A program made the position numbers and the translations under genes. The notes under the pieces are model-generated. The model was not told the origin of the DNA, ran no database searches, and saw nothing but the letters and a program-made list of their open reading frames with translations. A stretch of DNA of 64,000 nucleotides, taken from NCBI GenBank assembly GCA_033722295.1, contig JAWVZH010000001.1, positions 632 through 64,631 of the forward strand, in the 5' to 3' direction. Below are positions 50,668 through 58,993 of the stretch, one piece after another. The DNA is from Saprospiraceae bacterium. GTDB taxonomy: Bacteria; Bacteroidota; Bacteroidia; Chitinophagales; Saprospiraceae. The first letter of the stretch is position 1. Every line of letters begins with the position of its first letter.

Positions 50668-50707
50668 AAATCTGAAGGATCAAGTTTGCTTAAGTAGAAA
50701 TTGGTTA

Positions 50708-50715
50708 TATCTTTG
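50708..50715 (+). promoter_or_regulatory. -7 box TATCTTTG upstream of tRNA-Lys
   Basis: TAnnTTTG match 47 nt upstream of the mature tRNA 5' end. Confidence 0.35.
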
Positions 50716-50761
50716 CGTTCCCGATCGGGAAATATATTAGAATTATATCTAACATCATCGC

Positions 50762-50834
50762 GACCGGTTAGCTCAGTTGGTAGAGCAACGCCCTTTTAAG
50801 GCGTGGGTCCTGGGTTCGAGACCCAGACCGGTCA
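50762..50834 (+). tRNA. trnK: tRNA-Lys (anticodon TTT)
   Basis: 73-nt cloverleaf. Acceptor GACCGGT/ACCGGTC, anticodon stem ACGCC/GGCGT with loop CTTTTAA, T-arm CTGGG-TTCGAGA-CCCAG. Confidence 0.93.
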
Positions 50835-50844
50835 CAGAAATCCT

Positions 50845-50880
50845 AATAGTCCAATTCGAAGAGAGTTGGACTATTTTTTT
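50845..50880 (+). terminator. Rho-independent terminator after tRNA-Lys
   Basis: 10-bp stem AATAGTCCAA/TTGGACTATT followed by a T-run of at least 5. Confidence 0.8.
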
Positions 50881-50975
50881 GATATACCATATCGATAATT
50901 GTCTGGTTATTGACTTTTGATCAAAATAGGTCAATAGAGCAAAATACCCAAAATGATTTTTGGACATTAAACCTT

Positions 50976-52193
50976 TTAGCGGCCTTTAGCCTGATGACCT
51001 TCAAGGAAGTTCTTTAAATATTTGAAATGCACTCCCAACTTGCCATTTTGTGCTATGGTCGCCTGCTCCAGGATGTCACTGCTGTCCTTCAACAACTCGG
51101 GTAGGATGTTGTCTATAAATTGTTGACCAAAGCTTTCACTGGCATCCCTGGGAACCTCATTAGGTAAATTATCAATGGCCATTACGTCAATGCCGCCAGC
51201 CTGAAACGGTTCGACTTCAGCTTTGCGATCCGGATCAAATCCGTAGACGGGGTCATCAATGGTCGTGGGACGAATGGTGGAAGGGATCGAAGCTTCAGGA
51301 GCGATGTCACAGGTGACATCGGCTATGACCTTGATTTTGAAATCTTTTTTTGCCATATCCTCCAGGGAGAAGAATGCAGGTGATCGAGGGTCCCAGTAAA
51401 TACCATTGATCATGACGTCCGCCTGACGAGCGTACGGTAGAAATTGTGATTCATAACTTCCTGGATCAGAAAAATAGTCATCCAGTTCGAAATTCAAACC
51501 ATCTGTCCGCCGTGCATATGCTTTAACACCTAACTGTGTATAGATCGCTTCATCGTAGGAGCGGGTGAGGAAATCTTCGGGCGATACTCTCTTTATTCCT
51601 GACATTTCCAGGGTATGCACACTTCCGCTCGCAACCCTGCCATCACCAGTCAGTACGATCTTGAAAGCCGGCCATTTTATCTGATCATAATAGGGAATGA
51701 CAGATCTGAAATCGGGCAATTTGTACAGTCTGGGTAGGCGGGTTAGCTCCGTTCTGCGGCACCATGTCCAAAGAGCGTTGTGTGCTCCGACCAGTCCCGC
51801 AAAATATCCAAAGGCGATAAGCCTTCTTCCGGAATCATCCGTAAGCACTTCATAATCTATAAGCCTTACTTCATTCTCTATGAATGCTTTAAGGAGATTC
51901 CTGTTATAGGCCTGTTCTTTAATAGTATGTGAGAAGATGAAATATGTCTTTCCTGGAAGGACGTTTTCGGGAATGAGTTCCTTGACGCCCAAAAGGACAT
52001 CACGATCAGACAAATCCGATGAAAGAGTGACGCCGGCCTCTAGGTATTCCTCGTCCTTGTAACAACGGATCGGCGAAGGTTCGACCTCTATATTTATTTC
52101 TGAATTAGCCATGATCAACTGGCATTGCTGAGGTGTCAGCGGCACGCGGCTGTCTGGTGGAGATTTGCGTTCTCGTATAATTCCTATTTTCAT
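50976..52193 (-). CDS. AlaDH/PNT-fold oxidoreductase, saccharopine dehydrogenase (lysine-forming)-like
   Basis: MKIGIIRERKSPPDSRVPLTP N-terminus and a 405-aa length typical of LKR/SDH-like proteins. Family assigned from memory. Confidence 0.75.
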   Translation of the reverse strand: MKIGIIRERKSPPDSRVPLTPQQCQLIMANSEINIEVEPSPIRCYKDEEYLEAGVTLSSDLSDRDVLLGVKELIPENVLPGKTYFIFSHTIKEQAYNRNLLKAFIENEVRLIDYEVLTDDSGRRLIAFGYFAGLVGAHNALWTWCRRTELTRLPRLYKLPDFRSVIPYYDQIKWPAFKIVLTGDGRVASGSVHTLEMSGIKRVSPEDFLTRSYDEAIYTQLGVKAYARRTDGLNFELDDYFSDPGSYESQFLPYARQADVMINGIYWDPRSPAFFSLEDMAKKDFKIKVIADVTCDIAPEASIPSTIRPTTIDDPVYGFDPDRKAEVEPFQAGGIDVMAIDNLPNEVPRDASESFGQQFIDNILPELLKDSSDILEQATIAQNGKLGVHFKYLKNFLEGHQAKGR

Positions 52194-52229
52194 ACTTATG
52201 TTTTCCGCAGAAAAATAAATATACGTGCT

Positions 52230-52754
52230 GTGAAGGTGAGCAACGTCATAGAAACGCCTAGATTATTTCTTCGCCCATTTGCAGAAGAGGATGCTGAAGT
52301 TTTTTACCTGTTGAATCTAGACGAGGAAGTCATGCGATTTACGGGAGATGTACCTTTTGACACAGTTGAAGCCAGTCGCCAGTTCATTTTAGCCTATTCC
52401 GAATATGACAAACATGGCTATGGTCGGTTTTCTGTGGTCACCAAATCCAGTTCACAGGTTATAGGCTGGTGCGGATTAAAATATCATCCCGATGAAGATT
52501 ATACAGATCTGGGATATCGCATTCTTCGTCAGTACTGGGGGAGAGGTTATGCGACGGAGGCATCTGTTGCATGCGTCTCTTATGGATTCAAGACCTTAGG
52601 ACTGGATGAGATCATTGGACGAACGGCTCAGGAGAATACAGCATCGGTCCGGGTATTGGAAAAAATAGGTATGCGTTTTTGGAAGAAAGCGTCCTGCGAG
52701 GGCATTGAGAATTCCGTCTTCTACAGGATCAATAGAGAGGAATGGGGCAGATGA
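52230..52754 (+). CDS. GNAT family N-acetyltransferase (RimJ/RimL-like)
   Basis: TPRLFLRPF...GYGRFSV...QYWGRGYATEA are GNAT motifs. The start is uncertain: GTG at 52230 or 52236. The track's TTG at 52125 would overlap the divergent neighbour by 69 nt. Confidence 0.8.
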   Translation: MKVSNVIETPRLFLRPFAEEDAEVFYLLNLDEEVMRFTGDVPFDTVEASRQFILAYSEYDKHGYGRFSVVTKSSSQVIGWCGLKYHPDEDYTDLGYRILRQYWGRGYATEASVACVSYGFKTLGLDEIIGRTAQENTASVRVLEKIGMRFWKKASCEGIENSVFYRINREEWGR

Positions 52755-53082
52755 GTAATTAAGGTTCCGTCCTTCTGTCGTAGATCATGAACCAGGTAAG
52801 CAGAAAACCGGTAATAAGTAAAGCAACTAATGGCATGGCTGTGTCGATTTTTAGATTTTTTGCTCACTGTTTTTAAGGACAGTTATTAGGATAAAGGTAA
52901 CAATTCATATTAAAAGATTCAATAATATTAGCATCTCTCTATCAAGCGTCACGGCGTGGTGAGTTGAACATACCCTTAAGATGAAGTGTATGTATGGTAC
53001 AGCCGGTTTACTGAATTGCAGAGAAATTCAGAACCTTCTTAAAACGATAGTCGTTCGTTATTGTGAATCTAAACTTTAAAAA

Positions 53083-53976
53083 ATGCGAAAAGTATTAACA
53101 TTAGGTATTGTATTGATGGGCCTTCAGATGCTACAGGCTCAGGTTGAAGTGCCGGCTCCAAGCCCACTTGCCAAGCTCGAACAGAAAGTTGGACTTACAG
53201 AGGTGACCGTCGAGTACTCCCGACCAGGTGTCAAGAACCGAAAGGTCTTCGGAAAGCTTGTGCCATATGGTGAAATGTGGAGGACTGGCGCAAACGCCTC
53301 GACTAAAGTGACTTTCAGTAATGATGTAGTTGTTGAAGGCAACAAACTGGAAAAAGGCTCATATGCCCTTTTTACAATTCCTGGTGAGATCGACTGGGAA
53401 GTTATCTTTTACACAGACACTGAAACATGGGGTGTGCCGAGGGAATATGATGAATCCAAAGAAGCAGCCCGATTCACAGTAACAAGTGAAGAATTGCCCT
53501 GGACGATCGAAACTATGCTGATCGATGTGGGTAATCTGCGTGATGCTTCAGCTACTCTGACCTTGTACTGGGAAAGTATTATGGTGCCTATAGATATCCA
53601 ATTTGGTACTGATGCCATGGTTCAGGAAAAGATCGAAACTGTGCTTGCGGGGCCGTCTGGACGAGATTATTATCTTGCTGCCAGATATTACTTTGCCAAT
53701 GATAAGGACATCAATCAGGCTAAAGAGTGGATAGAAATAGCAAATGAAAAGGATCCTAAATTCTGGCAACTCAGATTAGAATCGCTGATCCACGCCAAAG
53801 ATGGAGATTATACCAGTGCGATCAAAACTGCAAAGGAATCCAAGGAAATGGCGATGGAAGCCGGCAACGAGAATTACGTAAGGATGAATGAGGCCTCTAT
53901 CGAGGAATGGGAGATGAAAATGAAAGAACCGGCCAAGATGGAAGCCAAGCCTATGGATAAGGCAATGGATAAGTAA
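53083..53976 (+). CDS. DUF2911-family secreted protein
   Basis: Signal peptide, then YSRPGVKNRKVFGKLVPYGEMWRTGAN, which is typical of DUF2911 as I recall it. Confidence 0.78.
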   Translation: MRKVLTLGIVLMGLQMLQAQVEVPAPSPLAKLEQKVGLTEVTVEYSRPGVKNRKVFGKLVPYGEMWRTGANASTKVTFSNDVVVEGNKLEKGSYALFTIPGEIDWEVIFYTDTETWGVPREYDESKEAARFTVTSEELPWTIETMLIDVGNLRDASATLTLYWESIMVPIDIQFGTDAMVQEKIETVLAGPSGRDYYLAARYYFANDKDINQAKEWIEIANEKDPKFWQLRLESLIHAKDGDYTSAIKTAKESKEMAMEAGNENYVRMNEASIEEWEMKMKEPAKMEAKPMDKAMDK

Positions 53977-53980
53977 TCTC

Positions 53981-55675
53981 TTACTTCCTGTTGGACAGTA
54001 TAATTTTTTCGATGATGTATCCCAACAAAATGACGTTTATGCAACCGATCAGGTTGAACCATAAGTAGCCAACCTCAGTAAAGGCGAAAATTGCAAAGAC
54101 GATACATTCAGAAATAATGGCGGCAAGGAACACAGCTTTGCCGCCAATTTTTTTTACATAAAAGGCTACCAGAAAGATACCCAGGATGGTACCGTAAAAG
54201 AGAGAACCTACAATGTTGACATATTGTATCAAGTTCTCATAGAGGTTTCCGAATACGGCAAACAGGATCGCAATGACACCCCAACTCAAAGTGAACATCC
54301 TGGACATGAAGACATAATGTCTGTCGGAGCTACCTTCTCTTGCAAAAAGGCGTTTATATAAATCGACAGTGGTTGTGCTCGCGAGTGCATTGAGTTCTGC
54401 TGCCGTGCTGCTCATAGCCGCTGAAAGGATCACAGCCAGTAAAAGTCCGATAAGGCCTGTCGGCAGTTGGGTGAGGATAAAGTGCAGAAATACATAGTCC
54501 CGGTCATTGGTCTCTATGTCGGGATCGACCTGGGTTATAAGACCACGAACGTCCTCTCTCAGTCGGTCTTCCTGCCGGGAAAGTGTTGCGATCCGCAAGG
54601 CTTTTTCTTTGACTTCCTGAGTACTGCCTTCTTCCCTGACCAATAGATATTCACTGATCTGTGCATTTCGTTCCCTGAAGAGTTCATCATACTCCTGGTA
54701 CTTCAGCTCCATCTCGGGACTCAATCGACTTTCTTCAACAATATTCAGTGTGTTGTCATTAAAGAAAACCGGAGCGGGATTGAATTGATAAAAAACGAAA
54801 ACCATCACTCCTACAAGCAATATGAAGAACTGCATGGGAACCTTGAGAGCTGCATTGAACAAGAGTCCCATCCGACTTTCTCTAATGGACCGCGCACTCA
54901 GGTAGCGTTGCACCTGAGACTGGTCGGTTCCGAAATAGGAGAGTGCCAGGAAAAAGCCTCCTATGATCCCTGACCATAATGTATATCGATTGTTGAGATC
55001 AAATGAAAGATCGATCACATTCATTTTACCCGACAGACCCGAAACGTGCAGGGCATCGGTGAAGCTTACATTTTCAGGTAAGGAATTGATGAGGTACATA
55101 AAGGTGAATACCATGCCTCCGAAAATGACCATCATCTGATACTTTTGTGTGATGCTCACGGCCTTGGTGCCTCCGCTGACAGTATAAATGATCACCAAAC
55201 AACCTATGACCAGATTGGTAATGGTCAGGTTCCAGTTGAGTATGGATGAAAGGATTATGGCAGGCGCGTAAATAGTAATGCCCGCGGCCAGTCCTCGCTG
55301 TATTAAAAAGAGCAGAGAGGTCAACGACCTCGTTCGTACATCGAATCGGGATTCCAGGAACTCATAAGCGGTATACACCTTCAGTTTGTAATAAATGGGA
55401 ATAAAGGTGATACAGAGAACGACCATTGCAAGGGGCAGACCAAAATAGAACTGAACGAAACGCATGCCATCGCTAAAGGCCTGGCCCGGTGTACTGAGAA
55501 AAGTAATCGCGCTCGCCTGGGTAGCCATGACGGAAAGACCAACAAGCCACCATTTCGCACTTCGGTCTCCAAGCAAGAACCCATCCAGGTTCTCATTCTT
55601 CCTGGTCTTCCAGGCTCCATACAAAACTATGAAGCCGAGTACCCCACACAGTATGATCCAATCGATCTGACTCAA
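53981..55675 (-). CDS. Sodium:solute symporter (SSS family)
   Basis: The LGDRSAKWWLVGLSVMATQASAITFLSTPG motif and multiple TM helices. TTG start overlaps the stop of an upstream micro-ORF. Confidence 0.9.
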   Translation of the reverse strand: MSQIDWIILCGVLGFIVLYGAWKTRKNENLDGFLLGDRSAKWWLVGLSVMATQASAITFLSTPGQAFSDGMRFVQFYFGLPLAMVVLCITFIPIYYKLKVYTAYEFLESRFDVRTRSLTSLLFLIQRGLAAGITIYAPAIILSSILNWNLTITNLVIGCLVIIYTVSGGTKAVSITQKYQMMVIFGGMVFTFMYLINSLPENVSFTDALHVSGLSGKMNVIDLSFDLNNRYTLWSGIIGGFFLALSYFGTDQSQVQRYLSARSIRESRMGLLFNAALKVPMQFFILLVGVMVFVFYQFNPAPVFFNDNTLNIVEESRLSPEMELKYQEYDELFRERNAQISEYLLVREEGSTQEVKEKALRIATLSRQEDRLREDVRGLITQVDPDIETNDRDYVFLHFILTQLPTGLIGLLLAVILSAAMSSTAAELNALASTTTVDLYKRLFAREGSSDRHYVFMSRMFTLSWGVIAILFAVFGNLYENLIQYVNIVGSLFYGTILGIFLVAFYVKKIGGKAVFLAAIISECIVFAIFAFTEVGYLWFNLIGCINVILLGYIIEKIILSNRK

Positions 55676-55776
55676 TGATTGAATATTTTAGTTATGATGT
55701 AGAAAACCAGGATAAGAAGTGCGTTCCACAAGAGAACGAATGCATAGACCTTGTTCCATCCCCGTTCTTCCTTCAT
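55672..55776 (-). CDS. Candidate 34-aa single-TM microprotein (not in ORF track)
   Basis: Hand translation: MKEERGWNKVYAFVLLWNALLILVFYIITKIFNH. Its ATG shares one nucleotide with the upstream TGA (TGATG). Its TGA overlaps the downstream TTG start (TTGA). Confidence 0.5.
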   Translation of the reverse strand: MKEERGWNKVYAFVLLWNALLILVFYIITKIFNH

Positions 55777-58250
55777 CACGGTCGGGGTTTTTTATCAAGT
55801 GCAAGGATGTTGGCAAATAACTTGTAGGCGCCCTCAACACCTGCTGGAAACTGTCGGAACCATGAAAGGCTGGAATAGACGTAATGGCCCTTACCGTATG
55901 GAGCGATCAACAAACTTCCATCCAAAGGTTCTTCACCGGGATCATGCATCGCCAACGGGGCGGCAAATGTTTCATCCCATTCGTCCGGGAAATATAATCC
56001 TCGTTCCTGTACCCATCCTTCAAATTCTTCCTGACCTATTGCATTGGGATAGTTCAGGACATCATGATCGGGAAGATTAAAATGGACTGGAGAATGCTCA
56101 TCGGTCACACGCAATCTCGATAACTTCAGGGGTATGGGAGAAATATCCTGAGTAACCAGCCTGTGTCTCGTGTTGTATTGTAGTACGAGTGTTCCGCCAT
56201 TTTCGGCGAAGTCGAATAAAATATTGTTCTTGTATTTCAGCTCATCAACAGTATTGAAGGCCCTGATACCGATTATGACAACGTCATAACTGGCCAGTCG
56301 GTCCGGACTTATTGTACCCGGGTCGATGATGTCAACATCATATCCGAGTTGTCTGAGACTTTCGGCAACCTTGTCACCGGCACCTTCAATATATCCGATG
56401 TTCACATCGGCAAGCTCTATATCGCTCCCGATAAAAGTAGCCCTGGCAGTTTTGACTATTTGTTGGATAGGGATGTGGTCGTATGAGATCCGGGTTTCCT
56501 GGTTGATACTTTCACCATCACCTGTAAGCAGTTCAAATTCTGTTCTGATCGCCTGCAAGGGTGCTGTTACTGTGAAAGATATTGTTGCTTCCTCTCCGCG
56601 ACCAAGATCCAATTCTCTTTGAGCCGGTGTGATCGTCCACCCTGATCCTCCGGAAAGTTCGATTGTAGTCGAAATATCCTTGAATGCCTTAACATGCACA
56701 TTGATTGACTTTTCTTCACCGGTTCGAAAAAGAGTGATCTCATCGCTGAAAGAGGCTGATAATCCCGAACTTACCGGAGCATTGTCTATGACTTCACCAT
56801 CCACAGGATCGATATGTTTGTGCTTGATCGGTACAAAATGAGCTAAGGTCGTACCATTTATTTTCAAGAGGAGATCGACCCCAGCATCCGGAGCACTTTC
56901 CGGCTCTCCTATCATAGTTGGATCGGGAACGTGATACATTCCAAGTGTCGCCTTTTCATTGATCCAGAACGGAGAAGTAGGCTGATCAGCTTCCACAGTA
57001 GAGACGAGTTCCAGATCGAAAGCCTCATTCTCCTTGAGAATACGCTGAATCTGAGTGTCCATTGAGATCCCGTGCGGTCTGACATCAATTATGTCAACCG
57101 TTACGGGAGAACGATTGATAACTTCCAGAGTCCACTCTACCGGCTCTCCAATGATCAATTCTTCGTCATAGGTGAATGCTTCCAGGTGAAGACCCAGGCA
57201 TTTTTTGATAATGGCATCCAGATCTCTCAGTTTTATATCCTTCCAATGTTTATCATCTATCTGGCTGATAAGATTCCTGAGATCGAGCAAATCAGGAATA
57301 CTTTCTTGAGGTGCGGTAAAATCAAAATCTGAAATGATAGAGGTGAGGAGGTTGTCTATGTCTTTTCCGCCTTTCACCCTGTTCCAGCTGATGTCAATAC
57401 CATCAAAGATGTCATTCTTTTCGTCAGGAGATTTACCTAATAACAATTCGAGATATTCTATTTGTGACCCCCTTCGGAGTCTTGCACCAAACCCCTGACA
57501 TTTGTGCATACTGCGACTCCTTGCAGCGATCTCATTGTTCGAGGCACCAAGTACCGGATAATAGGTGCCGACATCTACTTCGGCCATATTCTCTTTATTG
57601 GCCTCTGCAAACTTTTCCCGGCTTCCGTAGAACCACCATGATGTATTGAAGAAAAGTCGTGACGGTTCCCAGGTCTGCACATGGTCTAACTGGTCCGTAA
57701 ACTGCTCAGGATCTCCTGCAAGATCAAAAGCTTCATACGACAGCATTGCGCTGGCGGTGTGGTGACCGTGAGTCCTTCTGGTTCTCTCGTGATTAAACCT
57801 GTTGATGATCACATCGGGCTTGAATTTACGGATGGCCCAGACCACATCTGCCAGAACTTCTTCGTTTTCCCAGATGTCCATGGTCTCTTCCGGCGTCTTG
57901 CTATATCCAAAATCATTGGCTCTTGAAAAAAATTGCTCGCCGCCATCTATCCTGCGCGCAGCCAGTAGTTCCTGGGTCCTGATAACGCCGAGTTGTGGAC
58001 CTAATTCCGGTCCCAACAAGTTTTGACCTCCATCTCCTCTTGTGAGGGACAGGTATACGGTCCTTACCTTTCGATCATTACTCAGATGACTGATCATCCG
58101 GGTGTTTTCGTCATCAGGATGGGCCGCGACATAAAGTGCGGTGCCCAGGACACCCAATTTTTGAAGATCATGGTATATCTCGGCAGATTGACACCACCCC
58201 GCCAGGGAGATCAGTAAGAACAACGGAATCGCAAATAATGATCTGTACAT
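55776..58250 (-). CDS. Secreted PIG-L/LmbE-family deacetylase-domain protein (824 aa)
   Basis: The ATG at 58250 gives the signal peptide MYRSLFAIPLFLLISLAGWCQ. LmbE motifs AHPDDEN and LTRGDGGQN. The track's TTG at 58280 lies inside the predicted promoter box. Confidence 0.85.
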   Translation of the reverse strand: MYRSLFAIPLFLLISLAGWCQSAEIYHDLQKLGVLGTALYVAAHPDDENTRMISHLSNDRKVRTVYLSLTRGDGGQNLLGPELGPQLGVIRTQELLAARRIDGGEQFFSRANDFGYSKTPEETMDIWENEEVLADVVWAIRKFKPDVIINRFNHERTRRTHGHHTASAMLSYEAFDLAGDPEQFTDQLDHVQTWEPSRLFFNTSWWFYGSREKFAEANKENMAEVDVGTYYPVLGASNNEIAARSRSMHKCQGFGARLRRGSQIEYLELLLGKSPDEKNDIFDGIDISWNRVKGGKDIDNLLTSIISDFDFTAPQESIPDLLDLRNLISQIDDKHWKDIKLRDLDAIIKKCLGLHLEAFTYDEELIIGEPVEWTLEVINRSPVTVDIIDVRPHGISMDTQIQRILKENEAFDLELVSTVEADQPTSPFWINEKATLGMYHVPDPTMIGEPESAPDAGVDLLLKINGTTLAHFVPIKHKHIDPVDGEVIDNAPVSSGLSASFSDEITLFRTGEEKSINVHVKAFKDISTTIELSGGSGWTITPAQRELDLGRGEEATISFTVTAPLQAIRTEFELLTGDGESINQETRISYDHIPIQQIVKTARATFIGSDIELADVNIGYIEGAGDKVAESLRQLGYDVDIIDPGTISPDRLASYDVVIIGIRAFNTVDELKYKNNILFDFAENGGTLVLQYNTRHRLVTQDISPIPLKLSRLRVTDEHSPVHFNLPDHDVLNYPNAIGQEEFEGWVQERGLYFPDEWDETFAAPLAMHDPGEEPLDGSLLIAPYGKGHYVYSSLSWFRQFPAGVEGAYKLFANILALDKKPRP

Positions 58251-58277
58251 ATTCTTATGGTATGAAATGAAGTATGG

Positions 58278-58285
58278 CAAATATA
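58278..58285 (-). promoter_or_regulatory. -7 box TATATTTG (minus strand)
   Basis: CAAATATA on the plus strand, 28 nt upstream of the ATG at 58250. Confidence 0.4.
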
Positions 58286-58742
58286 GGAGAAACGTACGTA
58301 GTGAAAAGATTGATTTATATATAGCGAAATTTTTTAATATAAATATTTTTTATATACGTAATTCACCTGTATATTTGTTGTTAGGTATGGAGGTTTTTAA
58401 TATCTGATAATCTTAACGTCATTGTTTGATTATTGAGAAAAAAATCCCAATTTCAAGCTATCCCAACGAATTTTACCCGAAATTTTAAAAATCGATTTAA
58501 CTAATCAACTTATGCTGGTTCTAGTGGTAGTTTCGACAGTATTTGCTATTGCCCTTTTCGTTAAAATTGTTCCTGTTCTTACCAGGAAGTTCTAAAGCCA
58601 TATCAGCGCTCCTGGAAACCGATTTTGGACGGATAATGCTCCGGTATTGTTATCGGGGTGAATGGATATTCGGGTCAATGATTGAAGTGAGGTGCTTGAT
58701 ATGCAGAAACATTCGAAGGGATATCTCCCTTTTGGGATGTAG

Positions 58743-58952
58743 TTAGCCTTTTGCAGGCTCTGGAAGTTTGCAATCCTCCTCCGGTTTCTTTCCACATACG
58801 GTGCATTCTCCGATGTCGTCCTTGAGCATGGGATTGTTTGTGGCGCAGGTTCCGCGGAATTCCTTACCCGTCACTACATGACGGAGATTTATCAGAATAA
58901 AGGATATTCCGAAAATTGCGAATATGATAATTAGTGTGATTAGGAACTGCAT
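58743..58952 (-). CDS. Small single-pass Cys-rich membrane protein (possibly NqrM/DUF539-like)
   Basis: The ATG at 58952 gives MQFLITLIIIFAIFGISFILI (TM helix), then RGTC-x13-C-x2-C-x7-C. The NqrM resemblance is from memory only. Confidence 0.55.
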   Translation of the reverse strand: MQFLITLIIIFAIFGISFILINLRHVVTGKEFRGTCATNNPMLKDDIGECTVCGKKPEEDCKLPEPAKG

Positions 58953-58956
58953 ATCG

Positions 58957-58964
58957 TAACTTTG
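58957..58964 (+). promoter_or_regulatory. -7 box TAACTTTG for mazG
   Basis: TAnnTTTG match 30 nt upstream of the mazG ATG. Confidence 0.35.
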
Positions 58965-58967
58965 CAA

Positions 58968-58975
58968 CAAAGATA
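58968..58975 (-). promoter_or_regulatory. -7 box TATCTTTG (minus strand) for the Cys-rich membrane protein gene
   Basis: CAAAGATA on the plus strand, 16 nt upstream of the ATG at 58952. Back-to-back with the mazG box. Confidence 0.3.
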
Positions 58976-58993
58976 CCAACTCAAGGTTTTCTT

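Noticed and set aside
50718-50731. Perfect 14-nt palindrome TTCCCGATCGGGAA between the promoter box and tRNA-Lys
   Set aside because: It is short, occurs once, and could simply be part of the pre-tRNA leader. There is not enough evidence to call it an operator.
50773-50967. 64-aa minus-strand ORF overlapping tRNA-Lys and its terminator
   Set aside because: It is antisense to a well-folded tRNA gene and its terminator hairpin. Spurious.
52125-52229. Track N-terminal extensions that begin at TTG or GTG codons
   Set aside because: The ORF caller takes the longest ORF including TTG and GTG starts. In each listed case a downstream ATG (or a GTG for the GNAT) gives a proper signal peptide or conserved N-terminus and avoids overlapping a neighbour or promoter box. 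Affected track starts and my replacements: 52125 (GNAT), 28552 to 28609, 16338 to 16293, 58280 to 58250, 58979 to 58952, 59826 to 59862, 43529 to 43499, 24390 to 24378.
58605-58665. Resemblance to the c-di-GMP-I (GEMM) riboswitch core (GGAAACC...GGACGGATAATGCTCCGG...CGGGG)
   Set aside because: The P1a hairpin would have only 2 bp. The conserved ACGCAAAGC is interrupted (ACGGATAATGC). No gene lies downstream on that strand before a convergent gene. Most likely a chance similarity, though a cmscan with RF01051 would settle it.
58543-58795. Track ORFs 58543..58746 (+, 67 aa) and 58592..58795 (-, 67 aa) in the orphan spacer
   Set aside because: The plus-strand ORF starts at a TTG inside the 27-codon ORF and runs into the convergent gene. 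The minus-strand ORF starts inside the Cys-rich protein gene in another frame. Neither has recognisable features.
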